A program made the translations under genes and the position numbers. A stretch of 64,000 nt of DNA from positions 384,001 to 448,000 of the forward strand of contig CAWJWJ010000001.1 in assembly GCA_963846575.1 (NCBI GenBank). The letters run 5' to 3'. This stretch comes from an uncultured Nitrospiraceae bacterium (GTDB taxonomy: Bacteria; Nitrospirota; Nitrospiria; Nitrospirales; Nitrospiraceae). Each line of letters begins with the position of its first letter. Position 1 is the first letter of the stretch. This document shows, piece by piece, positions 40,908-51,130 of the stretch. A model generated the notes under the pieces. It was not told where the DNA came from. It saw only the letters and a list, made by a program, of their open reading frames with translations, and ran no database searches.

Positions 40908-41678
40908 TTACGACGAGACCGGACGAGAGCGGGAGGGCGTAATCAACGGGGCGGAGTTTGACGGCAGGACAGTAGTCGAGGATTGATTGTCCATCGCCTC
41001 AAATATAAGACAACATTTGAGGCGACCGCATACACCAAGGAGTTTCGGGTCTTCAACGGGAAGATTGAGCAAGCGGGCTTGTTTGACCGTGACGGGCTTA
41101 ACCTCCGTGAGAAAGCTGGCACAACACAGTACGAGCCCACAGGTATCTACACCGCCTAATCGACTCGCCTCGTCACGCGGACCCACTTGGCGCATTTCAA
41201 TCCGTCCACCGAACCGGCGCGCCAACAGCCGAACCAGCTCCCTGAAATCGATTCGATCTTCAGCGGTGTACACAAACGTCATCTGCCGGCGGTGAAACGA
41301 GCAGAATACCTCCACCAGTTTCATCTTTAGTCCCAGGGCCGCAGCCTGTTCCCGACAGGCACTCATCCCTTGAGATGCGAGCCGCTCGTACCGATCAATG
41401 GACGCCAGATCCTCCGTGGTCGCCTTCCTGGCGATCGGCTGGATCACTCGCATGGGTGGAATAAACGGCATGAGTTGGGGAACTCCATAGACCACCCCAT
41501 AGCTCAATTCTCCAGAGACATCGAGCAGCACCCGATCCCCCAGAGCGAGGGCGGCTTCTCCCGCATCAAACTTCTTAACCTCCCCCCGGTCACGGATCTT
41601 CACGCCCACCACCCGGAGGGCCGAGGGATAGGTCTTCGCAAGCTCCTGTGCGACTAACCGATCGATCATGGGCGGCAT
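40908..41678 (-). CDS. PSP1 domain (RicT/YaaT-like) protein
   Basis: RIDFRELVR.LA, RIEMRQVG.RDEA, CG..LCC, G.CGRLKCCL. Confidence 0.88.
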   Translation of the reverse strand: MPPMIDRLVAQELAKTYPSALRVVGVKIRDRGEVKKFDAGEAALALGDRVLLDVSGELSYGVVYGVPQLMPFIPPMRVIQPIARKATTEDLASIDRYERLASQGMSACREQAAALGLKMKLVEVFCSFHRRQMTFVYTAEDRIDFRELVRLLARRFGGRIEMRQVGPRDEASRLGGVDTCGLVLCCASFLTEVKPVTVKQARLLNLPVEDPKLLGVCGRLKCCLIFEAMDNQSSTTVLPSNSAPLITPSRSRPVSS

Positions 41679-41905
41679 ACTACACCATCCGATCTTTGAA
41701 TTGGAATCCTCAGGGCTTCCCGATGAGTAGCGCCCCAGGCATCCGCCAGAGGTGTTTTCTTGTAAGGGACGTCGATCACTGACGTCTTAACAGTTCAATT
41801 ATAAAGGACTTTTTAAAGGGGAAGACAAAATGAGAAATATGATAGGCTACTCGGGGCCAGAAACTCAGCTCAGGTTTCGTTCATTGTCGATAGTATGAGG
41901 GCACG

Positions 41906-42151
41906 GTGCGTATACCAAACAAAGTCATCCTTCCCTTTGGCTACCACATCATGATCCGTCAGCTCACCGATTCCGAGATGGACCGGCAGGATGCGAATGC
42001 CGACGGGATCTGGGACAACGAAGCCAAGACGATCTACATCCGAAAACGACTACCCGTGACACGACGGAGGTATATTCTCGCCCATGAACTGGGTCATGCG
42101 TGGCTTGACTGGCAACACCGCTACCTGGACGATGGAAAAGCTCGTACCTAG
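41906..42151 (+). CDS. Minimal ImmA/IrrE-family metallopeptidase domain protein
   Basis: IYI...LP..RRRYILAHELGH (HExxH); GAGG RBS, GTG start. Confidence 0.78.
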   Translation: MRIPNKVILPFGYHIMIRQLTDSEMDRQDANADGIWDNEAKTIYIRKRLPVTRRRYILAHELGHAWLDWQHRYLDDGKART

Positions 42152-42185
42152 TACAGCGTGATCAATCACCCGCATTGACGCCACT

Positions 42186-42698
42186 TTACCGGCGAGTGCT
42201 CTTCACAGGCATCGCCCGGGGAGAAGGGGTTCGATCGAGACGAATAAGCTCCTCCCACTCGGCTTCCCGCACTGGCTGAACCGAAAGGCGGGAGCCCTTT
42301 CGGAGCAACTCCATTCCCTTCAAGACAACCTGGCTTCGCAAACGATCCAATGCCAGTGGCGTGGTGAATTTACGGACAAACCGGATGTCCACGACATCCC
42401 AGCGAGGCTGATCGGGCGTACTCCCGGGATCGTAGTGGATATGCCGCTTGTCGAATTGGGTTGCGTCTGGATACGCGCCTTTCACCACCTCGGCGACCCC
42501 CACCACTGAAGGCGGGCTCGCATTGCTATGATAAAAGAGCACCTGATCACCGACCTTCATTGCCCGGAGGAAATTACGGGCTTGATAATTCCGCACCCCA
42601 TCCCAACAGGTTGTCTGCTTCGGCGCCCGCGCAAGATCGTCAATCGAGAACGCCTCCGGCTCGGATTTCACCAACCAATATTGTCGTCGCTCGGTCAT
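42186..42698 (-). CDS. EVE domain protein
   Basis: YWLVKSEP..FSIDDL, WDGVRNYQARN, FYHS, RLSVQPV. Confidence 0.93.
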   Translation of the reverse strand: MTERRQYWLVKSEPEAFSIDDLARAPKQTTCWDGVRNYQARNFLRAMKVGDQVLFYHSNASPPSVVGVAEVVKGAYPDATQFDKRHIHYDPGSTPDQPRWDVVDIRFVRKFTTPLALDRLRSQVVLKGMELLRKGSRLSVQPVREAEWEELIRLDRTPSPRAMPVKSTRR

Positions 42699-42778
42699 CA
42701 CTTCCTCCTGAACACTTGGTGCCATGCAGACCGCGGTGTATGCTGGGCGCTCCGGACATCTGTCAATCGGGAGCATGC

Positions 42779-43591
42779 ATGGATCTGACCCCTCTGTGGT
42801 TTGCTGTGTATAAAGCTTCCAAATACGCCTTGTATCCTCTGTCTTGGATTGCCATCGCAGGCCTGTTGACGCTCCTCACCGCATGGCTTCCCGTGACACC
42901 CGGACGGAGCAGCTGGGCCCGACGCTTTGCGTGCTGCACGGTGCTACTTCTCCTGGCCACCGCTACCCCACTCCTGTCCAACATATACATCGCATACCTG
43001 GAAGCCTGGTATCCGCCGTACCAAGCCACGCCTGCCTCTAAGGTCGATGCCATCGTCGTGCTGTCGGGAAGCGTCTTCGCCAAGGGCTCGCTCAGGCCGA
43101 CCGATGAAGCTTCGGAGGCGTCGCGCCAGCGCACAGCCTGTGGGGCCGACTTGTGGGCCCAAGGGCTGGCCCCGAACCTCCTGCTCAGCGGCGGAGTCGC
43201 CAACTTGCGCCGGACCGGTCCGCCGGTATCCCACGAAATGAAACGGTGGGCACGACGTCTCGGTGTTCCAGACTCGGCTATCCTTGTCGAGGACAAGTCA
43301 CGAACCACCTACGAAAACGCCGTTCGAAGCAAAGCTATTCTGGGAGGAGGCCACATCCTGTTGGTAACCGCCGCCTATCATCTGCCCCGGGCGGTAGCTC
43401 TTTTCCAAAAACAGGGATTTCTCGTGACACCAGTTGCCTGCGGGTATGAGGCCCAACACAAGGCTGGGCGAATCTGGGCCGAAAGTACATTCATCGATTT
43501 TCTTCCTACTGCCAAAGCCTTGGCGGTCACGACGGAAGCCATCGACGAGTTAGCCGGAATGTTGGTCTATTGGATCGCCGGAAAGTTATAA
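42779..43591 (+). CDS. YdcF/ElyC (DUF218) family membrane protein
   Basis: N-terminal TMs, DAIVVLSG, LSGG, EDKSRTTYENA, LVTAAYHLPRA. Confidence 0.9.
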   Translation: MDLTPLWFAVYKASKYALYPLSWIAIAGLLTLLTAWLPVTPGRSSWARRFACCTVLLLLATATPLLSNIYIAYLEAWYPPYQATPASKVDAIVVLSGSVFAKGSLRPTDEASEASRQRTACGADLWAQGLAPNLLLSGGVANLRRTGPPVSHEMKRWARRLGVPDSAILVEDKSRTTYENAVRSKAILGGGHILLVTAAYHLPRAVALFQKQGFLVTPVACGYEAQHKAGRIWAESTFIDFLPTAKALAVTTEAIDELAGMLVYWIAGKL

Positions 43592-43699
43592 CGCTGCCTT
43601 AGCGGCTCGACTCTATGCGATAGACTGCTCCACCAGGATCCACCATATACACTTCACCCACCTCGTCTTCTCCAAAGGGGGAAATACGGATTTCCGACC

Positions 43700-44092
43700 G
43701 CAGCAGTACCTAAGCATCGTGCGGCTGCCCCGCACTCTAGTTCCTCTTCGCAGGACCACATTTACTCCTCCCAGGCATGCCGGCCCACGTCCCCCACCCA
43801 CAAGAAACCAGTTACACGGTCGAATGAAAACCGTCAGGGATTATACAGCCCGAAGGCGCAGACCTCAGGACGTCCGGATACGTCCGGCCTACCCCACCAC
43901 AAAGCGCCCACCGCTGCTATCCCCCCCCATGGGACAGGTAGAGTGGCTACACCAATCCTTCGGTGTTGAACGGTTAAGCGTAAGGGATACCGGGCTGATC
44001 GCTTGATTCGGCTGGCTCCATACCTCTGCTGTGGCGGATGGGACCATCGCCAGGACGGCCAGGATAACCAGAGCCGGGCCACGCGCTCGCAA
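43700..44092 (-). pseudogene. PQQ-dependent glucose/sorbosone dehydrogenase remnant
   Basis: Signal-peptide stub, then [35 protein letters not shown] with TGA (43834-43836) at the conserved Trp of GLRNPWRFSFD; boundaries approximate. Confidence 0.72.
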
Positions 44093-44110
44093 TCCGATCC
44101 CTCGCAGAAA

Positions 44111-44482
44111 TCAGTCTCCCGCGGGATCATTCTCGAGGTACTCGATTACTGAAGCATACGTCAGTTCACGGATGCGCGCTTTTGACGAGTCCGGCGTATC
44201 GAGATTACGTTCTAACCACACGCGTTCCGCAATCTTTGCGCGTCCTTCGTTACACCGACGCCACATCTCATGCAATACCTCGATCGGCAAACCGACTTGC
44301 ACGCCTTCTGATTCAATACGGTCGTCCAGGATGGCCAACAAATCCGCAATGGCGTGATCCGGCTGATAGGGCGGCGCAGAAAAGCCAAACGTCTGCTGGG
44401 CCTGCGACTCCTGGCGAGCCTGCTCGACCAGGTCCTGCATATACTCTTTGAGCAGCCCGATGATGTGACCGGATATGCGCAT
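44111..44482 (-). CDS. Hypothetical protein
   Basis: 123-aa helical, protein-like ORF; start uncertain. Confidence 0.6.
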   Translation of the reverse strand: MRISGHIIGLLKEYMQDLVEQARQESQAQQTFGFSAPPYQPDHAIADLLAILDDRIESEGVQVGLPIEVLHEMWRRCNEGRAKIAERVWLERNLDTPDSSKARIRELTYASVIEYLENDPAGD

Positions 44483-44646
44483 CAGCGACAGAGTAAACGC
44501 AACCTTCTCCCCGGAGCAAGGCATGATTCGAGCACCAATCGGTTGACCGCTGATTCGATGGTTCTCTATGATACCGGCTGCAAGACGTGAGACGAGGCTC
44601 CCCTCACGCAGTAGGCCTCGGACAACCATGGAAGTAGGCGGCCCCG

Positions 44647-45441
44647 ATGAGCGATCAGACCGTCATTGAACATTTTGAGATCTCTCTTCACACGCCCAGC
44701 GGCGAGGTGACAACGGCTGTCGGTGTCCCGACGAGCTTTGTGCCGATCACCGCCATCGTTCCTCTTATGCGTAGCCTCGGTGAAGAAGCCCAGGCGCTGG
44801 AGCAACGTCGGTTGCTCGAAGCCGGCCAGACAGTCTCCTGTCAAAAGGGCTGCGCGGCCTGTTGTCGAATGCTCGTCCCGATTTCGGTGCCCGAGGCCTT
44901 TGCCCTGGCACAGACGATCGAGCGACTTGACCAAACCGAACGGCATCGCCTATTAGGACAGCTGGACCTGGCCAGCCAGCGACTGGCCAAGGCCGGCCTG
45001 CTCAAGCACCTGAACTCCGTCGCCGAATCTCTCGATCCGGTTACGGATGAGGCCATCGAACCCCTGAACCGGGCCTACTATGCACTCCGCATGCCCTGCC
45101 CCTTTCTGAGCAATGAAGTATGCAGTATTTACGAGGATCGCCCTGCGGCCTGTCGTGAGCTTGCCGTGACCTCCCCCGCCACAGCTTGCCAAAACATGAC
45201 GAATGAGGCCATCCGGCCCGTTCCTGTCGCCGTCCGGATCAGTACCGCTTTGAGCCTGCTCTGGGCCGAGTTAACAGGGACTGTGCCACGCCTCATCCCG
45301 CTTCCGCTGGCCTTCGACTGGGCACTGAGACACAAGGCCGAGCAGGCAGGACGGTGGGCCGGCACGGAGCTACTGGAGAAAGCCCTGGATAAAGTCTGGC
45401 GATATCTCAGTCAGGAAAAAGCCCGCCGCAGCAGCGCCTAA
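44647..45441 (+). CDS. YkgJ family cysteine-cluster protein
   Basis: SCQKGCAACC, CPFL...CSIYEDRPAACR. Confidence 0.85.
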   Translation: MSDQTVIEHFEISLHTPSGEVTTAVGVPTSFVPITAIVPLMRSLGEEAQALEQRRLLEAGQTVSCQKGCAACCRMLVPISVPEAFALAQTIERLDQTERHRLLGQLDLASQRLAKAGLLKHLNSVAESLDPVTDEAIEPLNRAYYALRMPCPFLSNEVCSIYEDRPAACRELAVTSPATACQNMTNEAIRPVPVAVRISTALSLLWAELTGTVPRLIPLPLAFDWALRHKAEQAGRWAGTELLEKALDKVWRYLSQEKARRSSA

Positions 45442-45475
45442 AAAGGCCGTTCAGCACTTTCCAAAAGGAGACTTC

Positions 45476-46093
45476 ATGCAGAACCCTGTCATCGTGTGCC
45501 TGGACCTTGAGGGTGTGCTCGTACCCGAGATCTGGGTCAATTTTGCCATCAAAACCGGCATCGAAGAACTCAAAGTGACGACCAGAGAAATGCCCGACTA
45601 CGACGCGCTGATGACCAGGCGGCTGAAGATTCTCGAGCAGCACGGATTCACCCTCGCTGACATCCAGGCCGTGATCGCCGCCATGGGACCTTTGGACGGC
45701 GCGGCCGATTTTATTGCCTGGCTGCGGGAACGAACGCAGGTCATCATCCTGTCCGATACCTTTTATGAGTTCGCCCTCCCATTGATGCGACAGTTGGGCT
45801 ACCCGACAATTTTTTGTAATCAACTGGAGATCGACCGGAACGGCCGCATCGTCAACTACAAACTCCGGCAACCAAACCAGAAAAAACATGCGGTTGCCGC
45901 GCTGAAGAAACTCAATTTTCGCGTCATGGCTGCCGGCGATGCCTACAATGACACCGCCATGTTGGGAGAGGCCGATGCCGGTTTCTTCTTCTGTCCTCCC
46001 GACCATTTGCCGAAGGAATTTCCTCAGTTTCCGGTGACAAAAACCTATGAGGAGTTGCAGGTGCGCTTCGCAGAGGCAGGAAATCTAGGATAG
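45476..46093 (+). CDS. thrH: Phosphoserine phosphatase/homoserine phosphotransferase
   Basis: CLDLEGVLVPEIW, ILSDTFYEF, AAGDAYND..ML. Confidence 0.93.
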   Translation: MQNPVIVCLDLEGVLVPEIWVNFAIKTGIEELKVTTREMPDYDALMTRRLKILEQHGFTLADIQAVIAAMGPLDGAADFIAWLRERTQVIILSDTFYEFALPLMRQLGYPTIFCNQLEIDRNGRIVNYKLRQPNQKKHAVAALKKLNFRVMAAGDAYNDTAMLGEADAGFFFCPPDHLPKEFPQFPVTKTYEELQVRFAEAGNLG

Positions 46094-46190
46094 ATTCTAC
46101 TGCTGTGAATCCCCGGTTCTCGGCAGGGACGGGACGGGCAGAGACAACCGCGAGATGAGGTTCGGTGCAGGTTGTAGATAGGCCAGCGGC

Positions 46191-48053
46191 TTAATCGAAC
46201 TGCTGATTCACTACGCTCAGCACTCGTCGGCCATACCGTTCCACCTTCACTTCGCCGATACCCGGAATCTCCAGCAATGCAGAGAGAGTGCTCGGCCTGT
46301 GACCGGCAATGGTGCGCAGCGTCTTGTCGTGAAAAATCACAAAGGGCGCGACTCCTTCCTCCTCAGCCAATTCCAGACGTAACCGGCGTAGACGTTCAAA
46401 AAGCTGCGGGTCTGCAGGGGGCGCAGGCGCAACCGGGATGCCATGCGTACGCTCGCCGGCCCCTGACGACTGCCCGGCAGTTATTGACTGTCCCCCGGTA
46501 GGCGTGAACGGAAGAGAACCGGTCCCCCGCAGGGCCTCCTGCCCCAACCGCGTCACGCCGAGCATGGGATACTCCAAACCCTCGACATGAAGGTGACCCG
46601 ACTCGATCAGGTCTTTGACCAGACGCGTCGTGGCGGGCTTCGACCATGCCCGATAGACACCGTAACTCGGACAGTCTTCCGCTCCACACCCGAGGAGCGC
46701 TTTCGAGCGACTGCCGCGAAGAAGCTCGACGATACGACCCACCCCGAACCGACCCATGCACCAGGAAACCGCCGTTAGGACTGCCCTTGCACAGGCAGCC
46801 TCCTCATTTCGTCCAGGCGCGGTAACCTGAGCGGGCACCGCACAGCGATCACAAAGTCCGCAAGGCCCCAAGACCCGTTCGACCTCATCGCTGAAATATT
46901 CCAGAATGGCGAGCTGGCGGCAACTTGACACGGAGACATAGTCCAGCAGGTCCTGGAGGAGGGTTTTCATGCGGGCTACGCGGTCCGAATTGCCCGGTTC
47001 CTTTGAGGCTTGTTGAATGAAATACTCCTGCGTGGCGAGATCCCGTTCATGGAACAGGAGGACACAGGCAGCCTCGTCTCCGTCACGGCCGGCGCGTCCG
47101 ACCTCTTGATAGTAGGCCTCCAGACTTCCTGGAACATCGAAATGAACCACCAATCTGACGTCCGACTTATCGATGCCCATACCGAAGGCATTCGTCGCTG
47201 CCAGGATTCGCAGGCTCCCCTGACGAAACTCACTATGGACGAGGCGACGTTCTTCATCTGACAGGCCGGCATGGTAGTAGCCGACGGCAGAGTGCGACTG
47301 TCCCAGCACATCAGCCACCTCCTCCACCGCACGACGCGTGGCACAATACACCAGCACACTCCCCCTTTCCTGCTCGCGCACCAGCCGATCCAAGATAGCG
47401 AGTTTTTCCTGGCGGGAGCGGCAGGGCCGAACAGAGAGGGCGAGATTGGGCCGGCGAAAACCGGTGACTAATCGAAGCGGGTCGTGAAGGGATAAGCGTT
47501 CGCACAAATCGCCTTGAACTCGGGCTGTCGCCGTGGCCGTCAACGCGAGGCAAGGCGGGTTACCGAGTTCTTCTCGCAGACGGCCGATTTTCAAGTAGTC
47601 GGGTCTGAAATCGTGCCCCCACTGGGAAATACAATGCGCTTCATCAACGACCAACAGGGAAACCCACAACGACCGAAGGAGGCGAAGAAATCGCTCATGC
47701 TGCATTCGCTCCGGCGCCAGATACAAGAGCTGAAGCCGTCCCAACTTGAGATCCAGGATGACACGGTCCCGCTCCCGTTCGGAGAGACCCGAGTGGAAAG
47801 CCGCCGCCGCGATTTTTCGGCATCGCAAGTCGTTCACCTGGTCCTGCATCAGTGCAATGAGCGGAGAGATCACCAGGGTGACTCCGGGTAAGATCGTCGC
47901 TGGCAATTGATAACAGAGGGACTTTCCTTGTCCGGTGGGCATAACCGCCATGGCATCGCGACGTGACAACACCGCTTCGATGACCTCACGCTGACCGGGC
48001 CGAAACGCTGAGAATCCGAAATATTGTGCGAGTTGACTGTTTAGATCATTCAC
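46191..48053 (-). CDS. recQ: ATP-dependent DNA helicase RecQ (helicase, RQC, HRDC)
   Basis: FGF..FRPGQ, PTGQGKSLCYQ, DEAHCISQWGHDFRP, QEVGRAGRDG, C-terminal HRDC; GTG start chosen. Confidence 0.93.
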   Translation of the reverse strand: MNDLNSQLAQYFGFSAFRPGQREVIEAVLSRRDAMAVMPTGQGKSLCYQLPATILPGVTLVISPLIALMQDQVNDLRCRKIAAAAFHSGLSERERDRVILDLKLGRLQLLYLAPERMQHERFLRLLRSLWVSLLVVDEAHCISQWGHDFRPDYLKIGRLREELGNPPCLALTATATARVQGDLCERLSLHDPLRLVTGFRRPNLALSVRPCRSRQEKLAILDRLVREQERGSVLVYCATRRAVEEVADVLGQSHSAVGYYHAGLSDEERRLVHSEFRQGSLRILAATNAFGMGIDKSDVRLVVHFDVPGSLEAYYQEVGRAGRDGDEAACVLLFHERDLATQEYFIQQASKEPGNSDRVARMKTLLQDLLDYVSVSSCRQLAILEYFSDEVERVLGPCGLCDRCAVPAQVTAPGRNEEAACARAVLTAVSWCMGRFGVGRIVELLRGSRSKALLGCGAEDCPSYGVYRAWSKPATTRLVKDLIESGHLHVEGLEYPMLGVTRLGQEALRGTGSLPFTPTGGQSITAGQSSGAGERTHGIPVAPAPPADPQLFERLRRLRLELAEEEGVAPFVIFHDKTLRTIAGHRPSTLSALLEIPGIGEVKVERYGRRVLSVVNQQFD

Positions 48054-48189
48054 GTTGAGCAGGGCGACACGAAGTTCATGATGAGGAAGGGAGCGGGGTG
48101 AGTATAAGACGGCGGCCAGACTCCGGGCAAGTTGACGCGCGCAAGCCGACCGTGGCTGACCTATGCTGGTCACCGTAGACAGCATCAAG

Positions 48190-48228
48190 AAAAAAGAAAC
48201 CCCGCCAGGGATCACCCGGCGGGGCTTC
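48190..48228 (-). terminator. Rho-independent terminator after the secreted protein gene
   Basis: CCCCGCC(A)GGG/CCCGGCGGGG stem followed by a T-tract on the minus strand. Confidence 0.7.
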
Positions 48229-48283
48229 ACATTTCGAGACCGGCAAGGATCGCCGTTAGGTCTCGAGATTTCTGTCACTTCCG

Positions 48284-48712
48284 CTACGGAGCGGTATAAC
48301 TGCCGTACTTCGGGACCGTGTCGCAGCCGGGACCTTGATCCTGATTCCCGATGCACAGATGACGCAGGGCGCCCTGCGCCGACAGACGAGCTTCCTTGTG
48401 CAAGCGAGCTTTGCCGTATTCTACGGCCATTTTCAGCTGACGCAGGGATCCAGCGCTGGCGTTGCCGGATTGCGCTTTGCTGAGTCCATCTTGCAGCTTG
48501 GCAGTCGCGCTGTCGATAACAGTCCGGTCGGATCCCCATCGTTTCGTGAGGTCCACCGTGGTCCGCTTGCCGAGGCCCGGCGGATCCGTCAATTCCACGA
48601 TGGCATCGTTTACCGCCTGAATAGCATCCGCGACCTGAGCCTGCGCGATGATCGGCGTGCTGCCGATTGCCATCGCGGCTATGCTCAGCGTTACGAACAT
48701 GAGTTTTTTCAT
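48284..48712 (-). CDS. Secreted helical hypothetical protein
   Basis: AGGAG RBS, Sec signal (AQA), amphipathic helices, C-terminal Cys pair. Confidence 0.75.
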   Translation of the reverse strand: MKKLMFVTLSIAAMAIGSTPIIAQAQVADAIQAVNDAIVELTDPPGLGKRTTVDLTKRWGSDRTVIDSATAKLQDGLSKAQSGNASAGSLRQLKMAVEYGKARLHKEARLSAQGALRHLCIGNQDQGPGCDTVPKYGSYTAP

Positions 48713-48824
48713 TGCGTGTCTCCTTTTCTTGTCATCGTCAGGGAGCGGCATATCGTCGTGGCCATTTCAGGCACCGCGAGCCGCTCTATATCCTGCCGCA
48801 TCCTATGTCACGCTTCACGCACGC

Positions 48825-50483
48825 TTAGAAGTTCATCCAGAGGGACATATAGGCCCAGTGCTGATTGACCTGCTGATTCAAGGTGCTGGTCAAGTAGCCG
48901 CCACTGAAAATCGTGCCATAGGTGGCCTGGAGCGCCACTTTGCCATCGGCAAACATTCTGGTGTAGGCCACGTCGATTTCGTCACCGATGTGCGTCTTGG
49001 TGTTGTTCGCGTTCGAGAACACGTAACAACCCTGTGCACCTCGATACCAGCAATCTTTGGAATTGGCCAAGTTCAGATTCGTGTACCACAATTCAATGTG
49101 GTCACGGGCACTGGGACGAGCCTGCAGGTTGACCGACGGTGACAGCATGTTCTTCCAGGCTTGCACATCCATGTAACCCATGTGGATGTGGTTCGTCGGG
49201 AAGAAGTTTTCGAACGTGTTGGCTGTCTTACAAGAGCCAGCCGCTGCGCCGGCACCGCAGACGTTGTTCCGGCTGTCGCCTGACGCATAGTCGAGGTTGA
49301 ACGCAATGCGCGTCTTCCAGGCCGTGTCATAAAACGTGTAGCCGATCCAATTCCTCGTCGCCCAGGCATTGATGTGCAAACACTTTTGCTCGCCTTGGCA
49401 AGCTCCGACCTGACCCATCTGACCAAACTGCCACGCGATTTCATTCGAGAAATCGAATCCGCCTTTGCGCATTTCCATCCGATTCCCGATCATATGACGG
49501 GTCTGGTTCGAGTGTTTTGCCGTACCGAGTCCCTGTCCAGCGTTGTCAGCCGAACCGAGATTGTTTTTATAGTACACGTAGAACGGTTCGATCACCATGC
49601 CTGGAATCATCTTGAACTGATTGTAGAAGATGAACATGTCGGCATCGCGGTTTGCATCACGGCCACTGGTCCCGGCGATGTTTGGCGCACCGCTCCCGAC
49701 TGGCGCCGCCTGAGGGATATCCGTTTCCGAATTCCGGAACCAGCCGAAGTAGCTGTCCCAGGTTTTGGTCTGGTAGGCGAACATCACACCATCATGGGAA
49801 TAGCCGGTGTTGGCCCAATCAAAGTGGCCGAACAAAGAGTGGTTTCCGAATACCACATACTGACGGCCGACCTTCATGCTCAACCCCTGGATGTCGGCCA
49901 GATTCCTGACCAACATGTAGGCCGCACGAACGCCCAACCGGCAAGCCCCGGTCGCGGTGCTGGAACAGTTGTGGTTCAACGGGTCGCCGCCGTTCCCTGC
50001 GTTGACGGCACTCCCGTTACCGCCCCAGGTCGCGCTGTCAATGATTTCCATGTAGAAATTGACGTCCGGTGAGAGATCGTACCCGATACCCAACCGTACC
50101 CACTGTTGCACATAGAAATCATTGCCCTTGTTGCCGTTGCCGGCTGCGGTGCCTCTCGTCCCAAAGGAGTTACACGTTCCGCCGGCCCCCTGGGCCATGC
50201 CGAAACAGGCATTGTTCCGCATCTCCGGGCGCACGCGAAGATCCGCACGCATCCAGAAATTCTTGATGTCAAAATTCCGGCCGATGACGGGATCGTAGCT
50301 TTCGTACGCTTCTTTCTGCGGCATGTTACGGGGAATGGCGGGAAGGTTCGTGATGCGTTCGCCCGGGGGGAGTTCGAATCCGGCAAAGGCCGGGACTGCG
50401 AGACACTGCAGAGCGGTCACCGCCGCAGCGCCCAAGATGGTAGCCAACCGGCCCCACCTGGTCCGTCCATGGATGCGTTTCAT
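48825..50483 (-). CDS. Alginate-export (AlgE-like) family outer-membrane beta-barrel porin
   Basis: Signal peptide, KVGRQ..VFGN.SLFG..DW, FENFFPTNH..MGYMD, terminal Phe; AGGAGG RBS. Confidence 0.85.
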   Translation of the reverse strand: MKRIHGRTRWGRLATILGAAAVTALQCLAVPAFAGFELPPGERITNLPAIPRNMPQKEAYESYDPVIGRNFDIKNFWMRADLRVRPEMRNNACFGMAQGAGGTCNSFGTRGTAAGNGNKGNDFYVQQWVRLGIGYDLSPDVNFYMEIIDSATWGGNGSAVNAGNGGDPLNHNCSSTATGACRLGVRAAYMLVRNLADIQGLSMKVGRQYVVFGNHSLFGHFDWANTGYSHDGVMFAYQTKTWDSYFGWFRNSETDIPQAAPVGSGAPNIAGTSGRDANRDADMFIFYNQFKMIPGMVIEPFYVYYKNNLGSADNAGQGLGTAKHSNQTRHMIGNRMEMRKGGFDFSNEIAWQFGQMGQVGACQGEQKCLHINAWATRNWIGYTFYDTAWKTRIAFNLDYASGDSRNNVCGAGAAAGSCKTANTFENFFPTNHIHMGYMDVQAWKNMLSPSVNLQARPSARDHIELWYTNLNLANSKDCWYRGAQGCYVFSNANNTKTHIGDEIDVAYTRMFADGKVALQATYGTIFSGGYLTSTLNQQVNQHWAYMSLWMNF

Positions 50484-50738
50484 AGCGTTCCTCCTGTGAA
50501 TTGGATGGCAACCCTTTGTGTACCCACTCACTCCGGGTGCCGTCTGTACATCCAACCGCTATTGCACTGTGAGCCGTTGCTCCTGTGTGGACTTGAATCG
50601 GCCAGACCCGATGGTGCCCACCATCCGGCCTCGATTCATGCTCACTTCATTCCTGAAGCGAGTTCCCTACACAGTTAAGATTTGGTTGTGTTGCTGTGGT
50701 CACCTCCCTTCACAGCCGTAGAGCGGTGATGAATGGAC

Positions 50739-51038
50739 TTAAGCCTGCTTGGGCAGGCTCGACTCCTCGGCCCCATGCTCTACGCCTGACGTTGCGTGAT
50801 TGATTTCTTCTTCCGCTTCCTTCATAGACGATTCGAAGTCCTGTTCCACCATTTTCATTTCCTGCTGAATCATATTGAGCTCGGGCTCAACGGTCTTCTT
50901 CAGATCATCCGCCGTTTCCTTAAATCCCTTGACGGCCTTGCCGACCTGACGACCGATCTCCGGCAATTGCTTAGGCCCGAATAACAGGAAGGCAATCACC
51001 AGAATGATGAGTATTTCTCCAGCGCCAAGACCGAACAT
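50739..51038 (-). CDS. tatB: Twin-arginine translocase TatA/TatB subunit
   Basis: MFGLG..E...I...AFLLFGPKQLPEIGR..GKA..GFK; TatB versus TatA assignment tentative. Confidence 0.78.
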   Translation of the reverse strand: MFGLGAGEILIILVIAFLLFGPKQLPEIGRQVGKAVKGFKETADDLKKTVEPELNMIQQEMKMVEQDFESSMKEAEEEINHATSGVEHGAEESSLPKQA

Positions 51039-51130
51039 GGTGTTTCGTGCTGAGTCGGAATTCCTGAACCGAGCAAGACGCCCCTCAGGGCAGGCTGCCG
51101 GCTTTGAGTCCGTATCCTCAGTCCCGCAAG

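Noticed and set aside
48054..48539. 162-aa N-terminal extension of RecQ in the ORF track
   Set aside because: It overlaps another gene and a terminator; RecQ similarity begins near the FGF motif.
50500..50735. Hairpins in the long porin leader as a riboswitch
   Set aside because: Only short imperfect stems with no recognisable aptamer or terminator; compatible with an ordinary stabilising 5' UTR.
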